A stretch of DNA of 63,295 bases, filler included, from Choristocarpus tenellus KU-1152 (lineage: Eukaryota > Protista > Phaeophyceae), in the NCBI GenBank assembly GCA_964200185.2. It is 10 parts of 10 records of this genome, joined end to end, with 100 filler letters (N's around TTAATTAATTAA, not from the genome) between each part and the next. Parts side by side here need not be neighbours in the genome. Positions count along the whole stretch, not along the records: positions 30,773 to 36,963 come from CAXNAD020008714.1; positions 37,064 to 43,512 come from CAXNAD020008121.1; positions 43,613 to 50,273 come from CAXNAD020007623.1; 7 more parts are not named here. One strand, given 5' to 3'. A program made the position numbers and the translations under genes. Shown here piece by piece: positions 36,545-49,839 of the stretch. The notes beneath the pieces are model-generated. The model saw only the letters and a program-made list of their open reading frames with translations, made no database searches and was not told where the DNA came from. The first letter of the stretch is position 1, and each line of letters starts with the position of its first letter.

Positions 36545-36963
36545 AACCAGCATGCCAGATCCCCCCTCTAGAATTCAAGTTCACAGTCAAGAAATCCCTA
36601 GGGAGGGAGGAGGCCCTATCAAACAGGTGCCCAGTGGCAGGGTGCAAGAGGCAGAATGTCGATACCAGACATGCCCGCACCTGCCCCAGGGAAGGGGGAC
36701 AGGTACGACAGCATACTCCAATGGTTAAACGCCTGCAATAACTATGCAAGGGGATGGGTATCCCTTGCACTATGGAGGACGGTAGCCCTTTCACAGTGGA
36801 CAGGAATCTCCGCATAGATCTGGTGTTCCATGCAGGGGCACTAGCGGATGCTGGAATAGCTGTAGGGACAAAAGTCTTCTGCTAGATGTCTCCTTCGCAG
36901 AGGTACAGGCAACCTCCCACCTAACCCACTCATCCACCAGCAATGGTGTAGTTGCTGCTTCAG
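36545..36963 (+). mobile_element. Non-LTR retrotransposon fragment with CCHC and restriction-like endonuclease (CRE/R2-type RLE)
   Basis: RCPVAGCKRQNVDTRHARTC...QVRQHTPMV...EDGSPFTVDRNLRIDLV...DKSLLLDVSFAEVQA. Confidence 0.8.
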
Positions 36964-38975
36964 NNNNNNNNNNNNNNNNNNNNNNNNNNNNNNNNNNNNN
37001 NNNNNNNTTAATTAATTAANNNNNNNNNNNNNNNNNNNNNNNNNNNNNNNNNNNNNNNNNNNNACGGAACTAGTTTTGAACAAAATATATATCCCATTCA
37101 AAAAGGGACCCTTAAAAAGTGCCGAAACATTTACAAAAAAAAAAACATATGGACACTTCCCGCGCGCAATTTTGGGTCAAACCCATCCTCCATAGTATGC
37201 TCCCTCAATTTTGCTGAGAGGCTGTTAAATGCTCCGAAGTAGTACTGTTATAGTGTGTAGTGTGCCTCAAACATTTGATCCCGACATATATCCCAGACTA
37301 ATGTGACGCAAAATGATGTAACAATAATATGTATACTACTGTTGTAATTTACGTCACATACATACTCGAAAAATGTCAATAGTAATGTCATGTACACATC
37401 ATGTGTGGTACATTTCTTAGAGCTCTAAAGACTTCGCATACTGACAAACAGTACATAGGAACATAGACGGGTTGAGGATGCGGATACTGAGTTTAAGAAC
37501 CAAGGAAGCTTGGCCAGGATGTTGACAGTAAGTGTGCAGATGACCATGTCATTTGGGCTGACTGTGTTTGAGTTGAAGACAGAGGACATGTGCCGTTGAG
37601 CTCCCAACAAGGCTGCAGACATTACACTGAGAGACACATTTTGGGCTAATTGGGTCAGCACAATAGTAAGGTACAGGCGTACCTTCCTAAGACAACTACC
37701 TCATGGTCCATCCAAGTCAAATTTCCTGCGAAGAGAAGTCCAGCCTCTGCCGAGGTCACCTAGTCTTGTCTAAAGCCTTGCTTTACTCAACAGTTTGAGG
37801 GGGGGAAATCGTTAAAATTCCCGACCTTTGGGCGGACTGAGACACAGTGGGCTAACGTTTTAATATTTATACGAATAATGTTGTTGTACTGCAACAGGAT
37901 TTCGACACAACGTTGCAGGAATTTCTTCACCACGCAAAAATGTCAAGAAAATTGTAAATTAGCTGAAGAATCTCAACTTAAACTCAAAGAACATACAGCT
38001 TGTACTACTAGAAGGTTAGCTGCAGACTACTAGATCGTCAACTAATGCACAATATACGGCACCCTATTCCATCTTTAAAAAAACAACTAATGAAAGTGAA
38101 AATCTTGCTTCATGTTGGCAACTTTAAGGTGGCAAAGGCTATGAAAGTATTATGTATATAGTAGCTCGCAATATTTGACATCTAAAAATTAATTTGATTA
38201 GAAAAAACCCATACATACACATATCAAAGAGCACATTACTCCTAGTGAAAAAAAAAGAAGTGGTGTGGTTTGTTTACTTGGATGACTATTGAACATCTTT
38301 GTAAGCAGGCATTGTTTGCCTGACTGCAGTTACTTGACACTCTTCCTATCAAGCAGGCTAAACAAACACAGAACACATTACATATCAAGTATCATTGCAT
38401 ATGATAGGTATGTAACTCTGTACTTGGTGTAGTGAGACCCCTGCAAGAAAGCCAGCAAGAGACATACATGTCATGGAAAAATTGATCCATGACAAAGCAT
38501 GTCACCATCAACAAGGTTGAAAGTAAGTGAAATGTGCGTATCTCCTTACTACCAGTAGAGGCAAGTATCACACAGCTGCCCCATATATGTCTCATCTCCA
38601 TAGCCTCTTCCCCTTTCTACACATTCATCGCCCCTCTAATAGTCAACCTCTTGTTGCACCCACACTGTGACCCCCCAAACACTCAAACCATACACCATCA
38701 AGCGTGCATCTTGATCAGCACAATAGAAAGGCATGTTAAGGCTTAATGCTCTCAGCAGGGCTAACCGCTCACACCACTATAATCACACAACACACCTCAA
38801 TTTCTACTCTGTACAACTCAGCAAAGTCAACAAAGTGTAGTTAGTCGCAGTGGGTATTATTATGCCCCAGCCTGGTCCAACTAAACGAAGGCACAATTCC
38901 CTCCATCCAACCCAACCAACTATTTTATAAGAAGCGCAAATCACTGCAAAGATGTGCTGTGCAGCTGTTGCCTGT

Positions 38976-41900
38976 CTAAGTGCTAAGTCTCAATCTCTTT
39001 GGCTCCGGCTCTGAACCTGAAGGACCCATCTGATCATCACCTTCCTTAACCCCGCCGGGTGATCCTTCTTCACTCGCCCTCCTCTCCCCACCCTCTACCC
39101 TCCCATTCCCCAAGGCAAGAGGTTCAGCATCACCTCCAGCCTCACTCTCTTCAGCCCCCCTTCGCTCCCCTGTCCCTGGTTGCCCCAGGTCTTGCATCCC
39201 CACCGATGCAAGTCCTCTCCTCGGTCCCCCACCTGGCCCTGCTCCTGAATCCCCTTCCAACCCCACTGCCACGCCCTCTTCTCCTTGCCCATGCTTGCCA
39301 TTCGGAGATGCAGCTTTCACTACGAGCGAGGGACCCCCGCCCCCATCTCCCCCAGCCTCAGGCTTCTTTGACTCCCCATCTGAACTGGTATCATCCTCAT
39401 CTCCATCTGACTCATAGTCATCCTCATCTCCATATGCCACAAGGCGTAGACCACCTGGGAAATAAAGAAGGGGGGGGGGGGGGGGGGGGGAGGGAAAAAA
39501 AAAAAGAAGTTGTGTAGTGCTTGTAGGGGAGAGAAACAACNNNNNNNNNNCCCCCCTCCCCCCCTCCCCCAATATCCCTCCCCTCCCCAACAGACAAAGG
39601 GGGGAAGCCACCGGGAAAAAAAAGGGGGGGGGGGGGGGGGGGGGGTGAAGGCAAGAGTACAAGTACGTTTGTACTTCATTTGGTGAATGACAACAACCTA
39701 TCAAAATATCAGAACCCTATCCCATAATGAATCTCCTCCTGAAATGAAGAAAAGGTCAAATATCTGCTTGGGGTACAACCTCTTCAGGCGATCTAATCAA
39801 AAACAAATAGAGAAGGCGAGTTCTTGAACAGCCTCCACCTGATAATAAAAAACCCACATGAGACAATTCATTACTGCATGTATACAAATCATGTACACAT
39901 ATCATGTACACAACAATACAGGCGAATCGATATTCCCCCTCTCCACACATAAAGTGACATCACAATTCAGCAAATGCTCTTTCTGCAATCGTACAAAATG
40001 ATACATTTATTTTTTTATTTTTTTCAGGGTGCTTAAAATGCAATCCTGCCTATCTCTCAATTGGATTGGCTCAAAGAATGGAGACTTCTACTGTGTTCAT
40101 AAGAGGACCATAATCAAACAATGGGAGGTCAACGGTCTGGACATCAGGCTTTACAACACTAAAAGCTGTGCCATATTAGTATCATTTTCATCAGCAGTGG
40201 TTGCTTGATGTGTGGCCTATGCCATAGCATATCGGTGTCCTAACACTAAACACCCAATACATACTCATATCTTATTCACTGGGTGTGGTGCAATGGACAT
40301 CATTGGGGAAGATCAGCAAAAAGTTGATACCATCTACCTTCTTGAGTTGGTCACTATCATTGAAGTGTACATTGGTGGAGACAGTTCTCACACCCACAAC
40401 AAAAACGAGAACACATAATGGAATATACCTCTCTTTGCAATGCTAATTGTGATGCTAATCGTGTCTGGCGGTACATGCCACAAGTCACAAACGGTTCTAT
40501 TACAAAGCAACATAATAACAAACACACTGTGTGTGCAACCCCACTCGGAAGAAAGGATTTGTGATACAATACAGTCAGCTCCCTTACAGACAAGTGACCC
40601 CAATGCAAGGAGGTAAGAACTTGTTTGAACAAGTGAAGCTGGAAACACAATGCAGTGATCAACCACTACATATTATCAGAGCACATACAGCTGCAAAAAT
40701 CTGCTTGGCCCATTCTCCGTCCTCTGCAGTGCTTGCCCTTCCCACTACGACATAGAACCAACAATGTACTACATAAAACTAACAATTTACTACTACATAG
40801 AACCAAAAATGTACTACATAAAACTAACAATTTACTACTACATAGAACCAAAAATGTACTACATAAAACCAACAATTTATTACTACATAGAACCAACAAT
40901 GCAGCGGAACAGCAAACCAAACAACTCAAGGAGACACCAACTCAACTAAACAGACAGACACAAAAAAGAGCCAGATCATGAACACCCAATACAAACTTCC
41001 AGTTGAATCTCAATAGTGACAACAGCAGCAGGGCATGAACCAAGCAAAAACAAATAAATCAGGAAACCACGGAAGGAGGTCAGCAAAGGGAGTGGATTGA
41101 AGAGCAGTGATAATCAATCAACAAGGAGATCAAAGTCAACAAAAATTCAAGCACCACCCACCAGGTGGACCGATTGCATCCACTATTCCGTTATCCTCCA
41201 GACCAGCATTCAGAATTGAAACCCCCCCCTCTGACACCCCAAGCACATTCGCCTCTGGAAGGCCATCGTCCTCGTCATCAGACTCGTCAAAGTACGCTTC
41301 GGACTCATCCTCTTCTACCATCCGGCGGCGGCTCTTTGCGGCCCTGTGGTGCCATTGGCATTGGCATTGGCATTGACATCGAGGAGCATTGATGAGTGAC
41401 ACAGGACATGGACAGACGGGATGAACTTAAGGAAGAGCTGGTATTCGTGAGGCAAACAGTGAGTAGTTGGGGGGAGGGGGGGGGAGGGGAAGTTTGTCAC
41501 TCCAACAGTACACACAAGTTGGACACAGACGGGAATCTGCTCTCACAAGCGAAAAGATCTATCTCGCTCTCACACCCTTTCAGTAACACAATATACTAGG
41601 CAGGAATCAACAGTTACATATACAATACTCCAGAGAGAGAGAGAGGACTAACACCAACCCATATATATATATATATATATCAATAGTACCTTTCTAGGGG
41701 CTAGAGCATGCACATCCAGTCTAATGTCATAGGTGTAGGTCCAGAGGGGTTATCGTTATACACTCATACTTGACAAAAGAAGTTACAACAGGCGTAAGTA
41801 CCTCAATCAGCTGCAAGCAGCACATACTCCAAGCAATATAATAAAATTAAGTATTTCAAGAGTTGGAAAGGGTGCATGAGGAAAGTACCATCCAAGAAAA

Positions 41901-42301
41901 AATAAGCAGTTCTGGTGTGCGTGTCAGTCTCTCAGTGTCCTCTATGGCCGATTCAACAGCTTTCCACAAGTCCTTAACTTGCCACCTCTAGACTAGGTCC
42001 GTGCAGAGTCAATTCTTACCCCTATCACCCCCCACTACCAATCACAGATTAGCTCTACCTAACTCTCAAAGGACGCCGAAGTGGATGTTGGAGTGGACAA
42101 ACAGACAGAGAGGAAGATCTACCTGTTTCTTGATGAACTGTCCACTAGTTCCTTGTCCCAGTTCTCAGTCATGTCCTTGTTTTGCGAGTGCCTAACCACA
42201 ATCATTTCAAACGTTGGTACATGACCTGTACTTGTCAAGATGTCAGAGAACCGTTCAACTACATATTCCACCAAACTCTTTACATTCTCTGTACGGATGA
42301 A
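38976..42301 (-). CDS. PPP4R3: Serine/threonine phosphatase 4 regulatory subunit 3 (PP4R3/SMEK/PSY2), 3' exons 42301-42123, 41343-41162, 39454-38976
   Basis: FIRTENVKSLVEYVVERF...HVPTFEMIVVRHSQ, EEDESEAYFDESDDEDD, LVAYGDEDD, terminal PKRLRLS NLS-like motif; phases consistent. Confidence 0.85.
39795..40072 (-). mobile_element. MITE family C copy (in PP4R3 intron)
   Basis: GCTCTTTCTGCAATCGTACAAA is the reverse complement of the family core; ends CCTGCCTATCTCTCAATTGGATTGGCTC. Left boundary approximate. Confidence 0.7.
40745..40900. repeat. Minisatellite, 45-bp unit (21+24 subunits) x~3.4
   Basis: CATAGAACCAA(C/A)AATGTACTACATAAAAC(T/C)AACAATTTACTACTA repeated. Confidence 0.9.
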
Positions 42302-43612
42302 CTTCATCACCATCACCATCACCACCACCACCACCATTTACCAACAAAAAAAATCAGGTACCGAAAAAGTAGGGGAGGGGCAGAGGAGAGGAGAGGAGAG
42401 GAGAGGAGAAGGGGACGGATGCTTTGTTATAGAGCCGGTAGGGGAAGAACGCATCACGTTGAATATATTAGAGCCAGTCCTGCACGAACAAAGAGAACAA
42501 CATACAGTCCTCACAACAACAACAAAAGCTTGAAACAAAAACAGAGGCACTGGCTGTATTCATTATTTACTGCCAAAACGACACCCTGACCTACTTCAAC
42601 TGCAAAGACCTATTGACCGCAGCAGCAGTAGGACAACCCACAGTCACATAGTCAGAGGTGTACACAAAGAACTCTTGCGATCTCTACCACCATAGGCAAG
42701 AGAGACTGGAAATCTTGAACACGCCTCCCTCCCTCCCTCCCAATCTGACCCTAGCAACAAGAGGTTTCTCATCAGCTACAGAGCGCTACAGATCAACCTA
42801 TAGCACTACGAACCACGGCGCAATGCCACAGAGAACTGAAGCAACAAAGCTCAACCACACTGTCTACTCGTCCACAACTATCCAGATGCGTTCAATGCCA
42901 CCACGAACACGGGATGCCACCGGACTGAACAAAGCCAATCCAATGTGCACAGCCCGGAAAACAACTTGTTAGAACATTTACCACCTCCCTGCACCCAGTT
43001 CCTGACAAGCCACCACAACAAGTACTACCACTTAGGGCACGGGGTCCAGGTTGGCAGTTGGCAAGGTCCCTTGCCACATCCAGATTACACAGACACCAGT
43101 TACAACTACAAATGGTTCCATTCCTCTGTGTAGACCCAGCAAATCTCACATCCCAACTCATTCAACAGTCACAAGAAATCATTACAGAATCGGCGTATTT
43201 CAAATATTGTTCTTTGGGCTATAGTATCCTAGAGGGGGAGGGGGGTCAGAGGTCCACTGAGATCTTCATGAACCCGTAGTGATTTTCTTGTCATTTGAGT
43301 GACTGTGTCAGATGTAACGGTAATTTACTTGATCTCGATGCACCTTCCATTTCCACCATCCCCCTAGCTAGACCAATCTGAGTGATAAATCACGCAAAAA
43401 CGACCATCAAACTGGGGTATTTTTCAAACAAGCTATTTTTTTTACACCCTTTCAAGTCTCGAATGGACGATATGTCCTAACCCCCCCCCCCCCCCCCCCC
43501 GCACTTCTTGTCNNNNNNNNNNNNNNNNNNNNNNNNNNNNNNNNNNNNNNNNNNNNTTAATTAATTAANNNNNNNNNNNNNNNNNNNNNNNNNNNNNNNN
43601 NNNNNNNNNNNN

Positions 43613-45060
43613 AACCCCCAATTTTCAATTTTTGAGCACATCCCCCCGGCACATGGAGTCCTACCCCCCCCCCCCCCCCAAACCCTTACCTCTGGAAAGA
43701 TAATCAGCTCTGGAGCGATCAATCTGTAGTTGTCCCCGTGCAATATTGTCCTTCCTGTGTTACCCCCAACTGACTGCCTTCCCACACACTGTTGCAAATA
43801 TGTGTTCCACCTGCAGATATCAGAAGGACAAATCGCTGAGCTGGACATTTTATTCTCTATGCAGTCCCCATCAACGATCCTAGTTGCACACCCACAGGTG
43901 GGAAGGGTGGGGGGATTCACGTGATTCACGTTTTGGAAAAATTTCGGAAGGGTGGATTGGAGAAAATTTGTCCATCTTCCCCCAATGTTTGGTGCCTTTT
44001 GGTGATTGTTGCTATTGGTGAGAAATATATTCCCTAAAGATTTGACTAGAAGACGACTTAGTAGAGGTGATATTTACAGGTGATGATGCCGCCCTCATCC
44101 CTCTCCTGCTATAGTAACACGACTTCACTTTGCTGGTGGTTGTGAAGAGGATACTTGGGAGTACTTCAAGCAGGAAACTCAGGGCCATCATTCCGCCGTC
44201 CCCCGATCCCATTACGATCCCGTTACGCTAGCAGCTGGTCGATGTTTTGAACAGGAACGCGCATATATTTGCCACTGGGAACATCTTTTCCATCCGGGGC
44301 TATGTAGTCTCTCACATCAATAAGTATCATAAGGTCATTGCAAGGTTCAGAAAGAAGAGATTGCTGGAAACTTTTGAAGAAGAAAAAGAAAGGAAAAATA
44401 GAGACGATGCAACGGATGAGGCCAACCCACCGTTGGTCACTGTTGAGCCAGTGGCTGCAGTGGGAGAGGGGCTCGATAGGGGAGCAGGTGAAGTTGTGAG
44501 TGGGAACAGCACCAGTTTTGGCGCAAAGGCTGACGACGTGCATTTGGAAAGCAATGGGAAGGGGATGAAGGAATTGGAAGCCAATGCCGGGGCAGTTGGG
44601 CGGGGGGGAGAAGGAAGAGGACATAAAGCTATCCTCAAGGACACAAGGGACCCGATGCTGCGACACGCTGGGAAGGTTCTCACACATGCCATTAGGGTGG
44701 TGGGAGAGGGGGAAGAGCTGGTGGAGAACAAGCGCATCATGTTCCCGAGCAGGCATCGTGGAAGACTGAGAAAGATCAAAGTGAGAATGAGAGTAGGTTG
44801 GTGTTTAGCTCTTTTTGTTGTTTTAGCAATGTGGGGCTTGCTTTGTTGGGGGCTAGTTGGGTTCTGTCACTGAGCACGGGAGATGTGCCTGGTATGGGAA
44901 TGTTATGCAAATGTTGGAAATGGGCAGCAAATGCTATGGGTGGAGAGGTGGGGGTGGGTGGGCTCAGATTTTGCGATGGTGAAGGTCTTAATGTACTCAT
45001 TTCAACATGACATTTGAATTGATAATTATTTTTTATTATTGGCCGTAGAAGCATCACTGG
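43613..45060 (-). mobile_element. Probable decayed LINE ORF2 fragment
   Basis: Minus strand C/T-rich with loose RT-N-terminal-like text (AICPSDICRW...YRLIAPE...GRTP); no intact YADD motif. Confidence 0.3.
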
Positions 45061-45457
45061 TGAGCATGAGAATTGATCATTACAAAGTTGTTTTTTAGGG
45101 GATTTGAGGTCAGAACTCTGCTATTTCAACTTGGACACCTTAGCACAGACCAAAACATGATATTTTCCTTACAAGTATATATATATTTTTATCAGCATTG
45201 TCCCCACCCAGCACAGTCCCCATCTGCTGACCATGGTACCCACTTCCTTGCCTTTATGCAATCCCTCTACATCCCCATCTCTACCAATGCTCACCCTCCA
45301 CCTTTCCTCCCTACTCCCCCCTGGGCTCCTTCTCCTCGCCTCTGTGTAATTGACCTACACGCTCATGTCATCCTGGGACACCGATCCATGCAATGAAACT
45401 TTCACCTTCTGGCATTGCATCATGGACTGTAACCCCTGATGCTCATTAACAATGCAG

Positions 45458-45742
45458 TTGACCTTCCAAGAATCAGATGGGAGGACTTTGATTGATGAAG
45501 CCAGGAGGAGGCTGCGTAGGCTCAGTCTTAAAAGCTCCAAAATATCACAGTATCCTGACAAGAATAGCATGAGGTTACTTGAGCAGGAGGTTGAGGCTTT
45601 GCAATTTGGCATCAAGGTGCCCTGGTACAATCCGGAAGCTGCCCAGTCTCGCCGCCAAAAGAATCCTGTAGTAGTTAGGAAGGATAAGCAAAATATGGAT
45701 GCTGGACAAATAGAGCCCAAGAAGGATGTTTTGTCAAGTTGA
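45458..45742 (+). CDS. Terminal exon of an unknown protein
   Basis: TGCAG acceptor, 94 open codons (LTFQESDGRTLIDEARRRLRRLS...) to TGA, followed by a GT-rich 3'UTR-like region. Confidence 0.55.
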   Translation: MTFQESDGRTLIDEARRRLRRLSLKSSKISQYPDKNSMRLLEQEVEALQFGIKVPWYNPEAAQSRRQKNPVVVRKDKQNMDAGQIEPKKDVLSS

Positions 45743-47900
45743 CACATATTTAAACTCTTTGGGACAGGGGGGGGGGAGAGTCGAGGGCAACTTTAGGGTA
45801 TGACTAGATGGGAGAATAAATGCACGTGTGTGGGATGAATGTGAACAAGCAGTTGTTGTCAGGCGAAGCGTAGAATGAAAGGCCCTTGAGGTGTTGTGTG
45901 TCTGTGCAATGTATGTAGGCCTTGAGTAAAATAATTTTTATGTTCTTGAGAACAGGTCAAATAGCAAGAATGCCTGCTGTGACTGAGACCTTGTGACCTT
46001 CACATCTATGTTTACTCAGGGTTATAAGGAAGGAGTTGGCACTCTTTGAAGTACTCATGGTGTAGTTACACCCCCTTCTCTTACGAACTGTTGCAATTTT
46101 GTCTTGCTATGACTGCTACAGTTGTGCCACCCGTTTTTTCATTTGTCTGTCTTGTTTTGCAAATGCTTCTGTACACAAAGGACGAGGGCATACATTAATT
46201 GGTGTACATATTCATACCAGGTAAGTGGAGAACCATGAGCAGGTTTGACCCCTGCTCCCTACAACTGTGATTTTTTTTAAGAGCCCCAACCTTCTGTTTT
46301 TCACTTCTTTGCAAATAATATCTCGTGAGATATTCAGTCTCTTTCCCATCTGTGGTATGATGATTAGCAATTAATTCTATGCATTAACTATCACACTGTT
46401 GCTATGTAGTTCGGGTTGATCCATGTTACTACTTTCTAACCGTGTTTGTTGCATGATTCTTGTAGCTAGTAGTTGTCTGACAATACATCATCCATGTGTA
46501 TGAGTGTTGGCAGCCGGTTTCTCTGTACTGCACCCTCCCTACTGGTCTGTTCGCATCGTTTTTTGTGCTCTAAGAATGTAAAAAAGATTAACCGATCTTG
46601 TACTGGCCTTTGATGTAGCATGTTTCGTTTCTATAGATGTGTTTTATGGATCATCAGAAAGTTGGTGAAGGGATCTCTCTTCTATTGGATGTCTTCATTT
46701 GCATTGTCACTGAAGCTTTGTAAGTACTTTATTTGTTTGCTGTTTGCATTTGGAGATGAGGTTGATGCTATTGAAAGCACGATGAAAAGGTACAGCTATG
46801 TTTTGTGGATTAGAAAAAGGAACTTGCCATTTTGGAGACAAGGCAAGGGTTCTGATTGTGCATGTTTTACTTTGGGACCATATAATAGTGTTGAGAATTT
46901 GTCCATGTGTGAAATTACTATTTGAAGTTTACAGGATAAGTTGTCCGTGTCAGAAGACACAAGACACTACAAGATTGAAAAGTCTGAACAACGACACAAT
47001 GGAAGAAAAAACCCGGCAGAGCACAGAAGCATTGGTGAAAGTGTTGAAGAGTGTATTTTGCTACAAACCTGAGAGACTAGTCCCAAGTTGCGCTAGTAGA
47101 ATAACCCTGCCAAAAAGCACGAAGATGCCTCTCATCTCAGAGCTACCCAGAGCACTGCATAGCACTTACTGACGCCAATTGAGAACTGCAACGATAAAAT
47201 GCTGCACACAAATTATTATGCCTGGAAGTAACCACTACGACATCGTAAATACTTCTCATATAAGAGTAAACAGAGTACATCCCATTTCCACCCAACACTG
47301 AATGTGATGCAGCACGAGTAAGTGGGGTTTCAATATCCTTCCCCATCCCTTATCTGCTTGAATGATTCCCTCCCAAAAATAGATTTGGCATTCAGAAAGA
47401 TGTGACAACTCCACTGTAGCCTGCTGCTCTGTTAAGTCGCATTGCTATTCCATAATGTTTGCTTGCTCTGAACCTGCACTCTCCATTACACGGAGGTTGA
47501 TACAAAAGTTCAGGCAGGGGACAAAAAAAATGCACCAAGGCAAGAACAAACAATCCACATGCAAACAAAGAGCAGCAGAGGCTGCAGAGCAAAGGAGAAA
47601 GGGTTGGGACTCAGCCAAGGGCTGTGGCCTTTGTACAGCCCATAACAAAGAAGGGACTACAAACATGAAATGTGATCAAGAGGTAGGCAATGGGTTGTGT
47701 AAAATGGATCTACGGTCAAGTGACATGAGAGGTTGGTCACAGGGAGCCACACCCTGTCCCGAAAGCTATCACTCCCCTTCTCACTCCTCTCTCTCCGTTG
47801 AGCAGATTGAGGAGGAGTCTGGGCAAAAGGTCACAAGACTTCAGAGTATGTGTTGTAGAGCAGGAAGGAAAGGTTGTCCCCCACATCATTCCTCTCCCTC

Positions 47901-49040
47901 CTACGGCTGTGGGGCAGGAAGTAGTTCTTTGATCCTTTGTAGAAGGTTGGCCAGCGACTCTGGCAAGTAGCCCTCGTGCCATGCTGCCGCTGCCATTGTC
48001 AACAGCACCAGAAGCACAAGCATTAACTGCCCCCACACGGACACAGTGGCAGGTGGGAAGGGAGAAAGGGTTGAGATTGATGGCAAGGGGCCGGAAAGTA
48101 GGATGTGATGTGTGTATGTGTGTGTGTATATGCTTGAGAGTATTCAGAAGCAGAAGGATGGGAAAATAACAAGTGGTACATTATCACCAAAGGTAAGGTA
48201 ACACAGGCTGAAAAAAAAGCAAAGCGTTTAACATGCACATTGTTAAAATATTTTGGGGGAACACAGAAAGAGCAAGATAGTGCGTAACAGGCAGGAGCTC
48301 TAACACTATCCACTGCTTCCTGCTACACAGTCAACCTGCCCTTCTACATGACATGTTAAACACAAAAAATACCAGAAAGAGAGGACTTTCAGAATACTCG
48401 TAAGCATCTGACTACTTGCATGTATAACAGGTTATTTGATTCCGCGTACAGCCCACACAACCGACCCACAGCCTGCATGGAAAGAGTAAAACAACACAGT
48501 GATCATGCTGATGGAACAAGAGGTGTATCCTCTCCCTTCTAGCCATCTCGTCTGCTATCACCACCCACCGTCCACGCCATGATTGCCACATCCTGCTCAT
48601 GTTCTCCCTGCAGCATGTCCACAACCGTCTCATCTCCTTGTCCCTCACCTCCTCTAATAGAAGAGCCCCTGCTAGAATCCCATCCCTGATGAGAAACAAA
48701 ACATAAATACAGGAAAATTATAGGAAAATTACATGAGGGCACGGGAACAAGTAAGTCATCAGGGCCACCACCAGGCCATAGAAACATCATCGTCCTTTGT
48801 GCACACTTGGCTACTGATGAATCAGGGTTGGGTTATGGTGCTTGTGGGCTTGCACTATAACTCCCAGTGAACCTTTTGTGGTGAATCTCTCACAAATCAA
48901 CGCCTGAGACTGGCTGAGATACCACCCTCAGCAAACCCTGTCCTCTCACATCACTATTCATTTTTTTTCGGAGGTCACTAACGTCGAAGAGGTTGCCTTG
49001 CCCCCTCTCGCCCAGCTCCCCCATCATCCTCTCACTCGAC
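47901..49040 (-). CDS. C-terminus of a tail-anchored membrane protein; exons 49040-48983, 48685-48569, 48026-47901
   Basis: Phase-consistent splicing creates the TM VAIMAWT|LMLVLLVLLTMAAAAW followed by a 25-aa tail. Confidence 0.65.
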
Positions 49041-49207
49041 CTGCAGTCACAGAACAGTTGAGTTACAGAACAACACAGATACTCTCCCCCGTAGAGATGT
49101 AAACAGTTGAGTTACAAGGGAAGGAACGAGGATGAGGCCTACGGAGTTGCTTGACTTAAAACAATGTTTGCAGACTTGTGAGGTGGCAAATGTATGCTGC
49201 ACATTCA

Positions 49208-49345
49208 TGTACCAATGATACAGGTCATGTACCAATATACAGGTTACGTATCAATAATACAGGTTATGTACCAATATACAGGTTACGTATCAATAATACA
49301 GGTTATGTACCAATATACAGGTTACATACCAATAATACAGGTTAC
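49208..49345. repeat. Minisatellite, 39-bp unit (19+20 subunits) x~3.5
   Basis: GTACCAATATACAGGTTACGTATCAATAATACAGGTTAT repeated. Confidence 0.9.
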
Positions 49346-49561
49346 TTTGTTTCATCGGTGTTGTGATAATGAGTGAAGGTCACAGGTATGTCCCAAAGCA
49401 TTTAATATGAGTGCAGGATAAACACAAAGCACTGAAGTGGAGCTCGAGCAGGTTCACTTCACCTACCCACCCGCCTACCCTACACAATGTCCTATCAACT
49501 TTATAATAAACAAAAAAAAATCCAGTAACCTGGACTGTTTTGAAAAGTCTCCATACATAAT

Positions 49562-49839
49562 GGGACAAACCACCGTAGAGGTAGGGTTAGGGTTGCACTT
49601 TCATGATCCCAACAAAAGGCAAAAAGGTGTGATGTTGTAGAATTGCAGAAAGAGTCTTTACTGAATCGTGATGTCACTGTCACTATGTGTAAACGCTATA
49701 AAGGGGGAATATCAATATAGCGTACCCTATTGTGCACATAAGGCAATGCAGTGGATGGAGTGTATTGCACATGGAGTAAGAAAGGTGGCCTGGAATGCAA
49801 AAGGGTCCAAACCTGCCTTCCCTCCAATTGCTTTGACTC
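49562..49839 (+). mobile_element. MITE family C copy
   Basis: GGGACAAACC...AAGGGTCCAAACCTGCC...CTTTGACTC. Confidence 0.75.

Noticed and set aside
40745-40900. CRISPR-like periodicity
   Set aside because: No unique spacers, no cas genes, eukaryotic intron.
42182-42589. Poly-His ORF
   Set aside because: Antisense reading of a (CAC/CAT)n microsatellite at a PP4R3 intron-exon boundary.
44247-44873. 208-aa plus-strand ORF
   Set aside because: No motif; likely the antisense of a compositionally skewed retroelement remnant.
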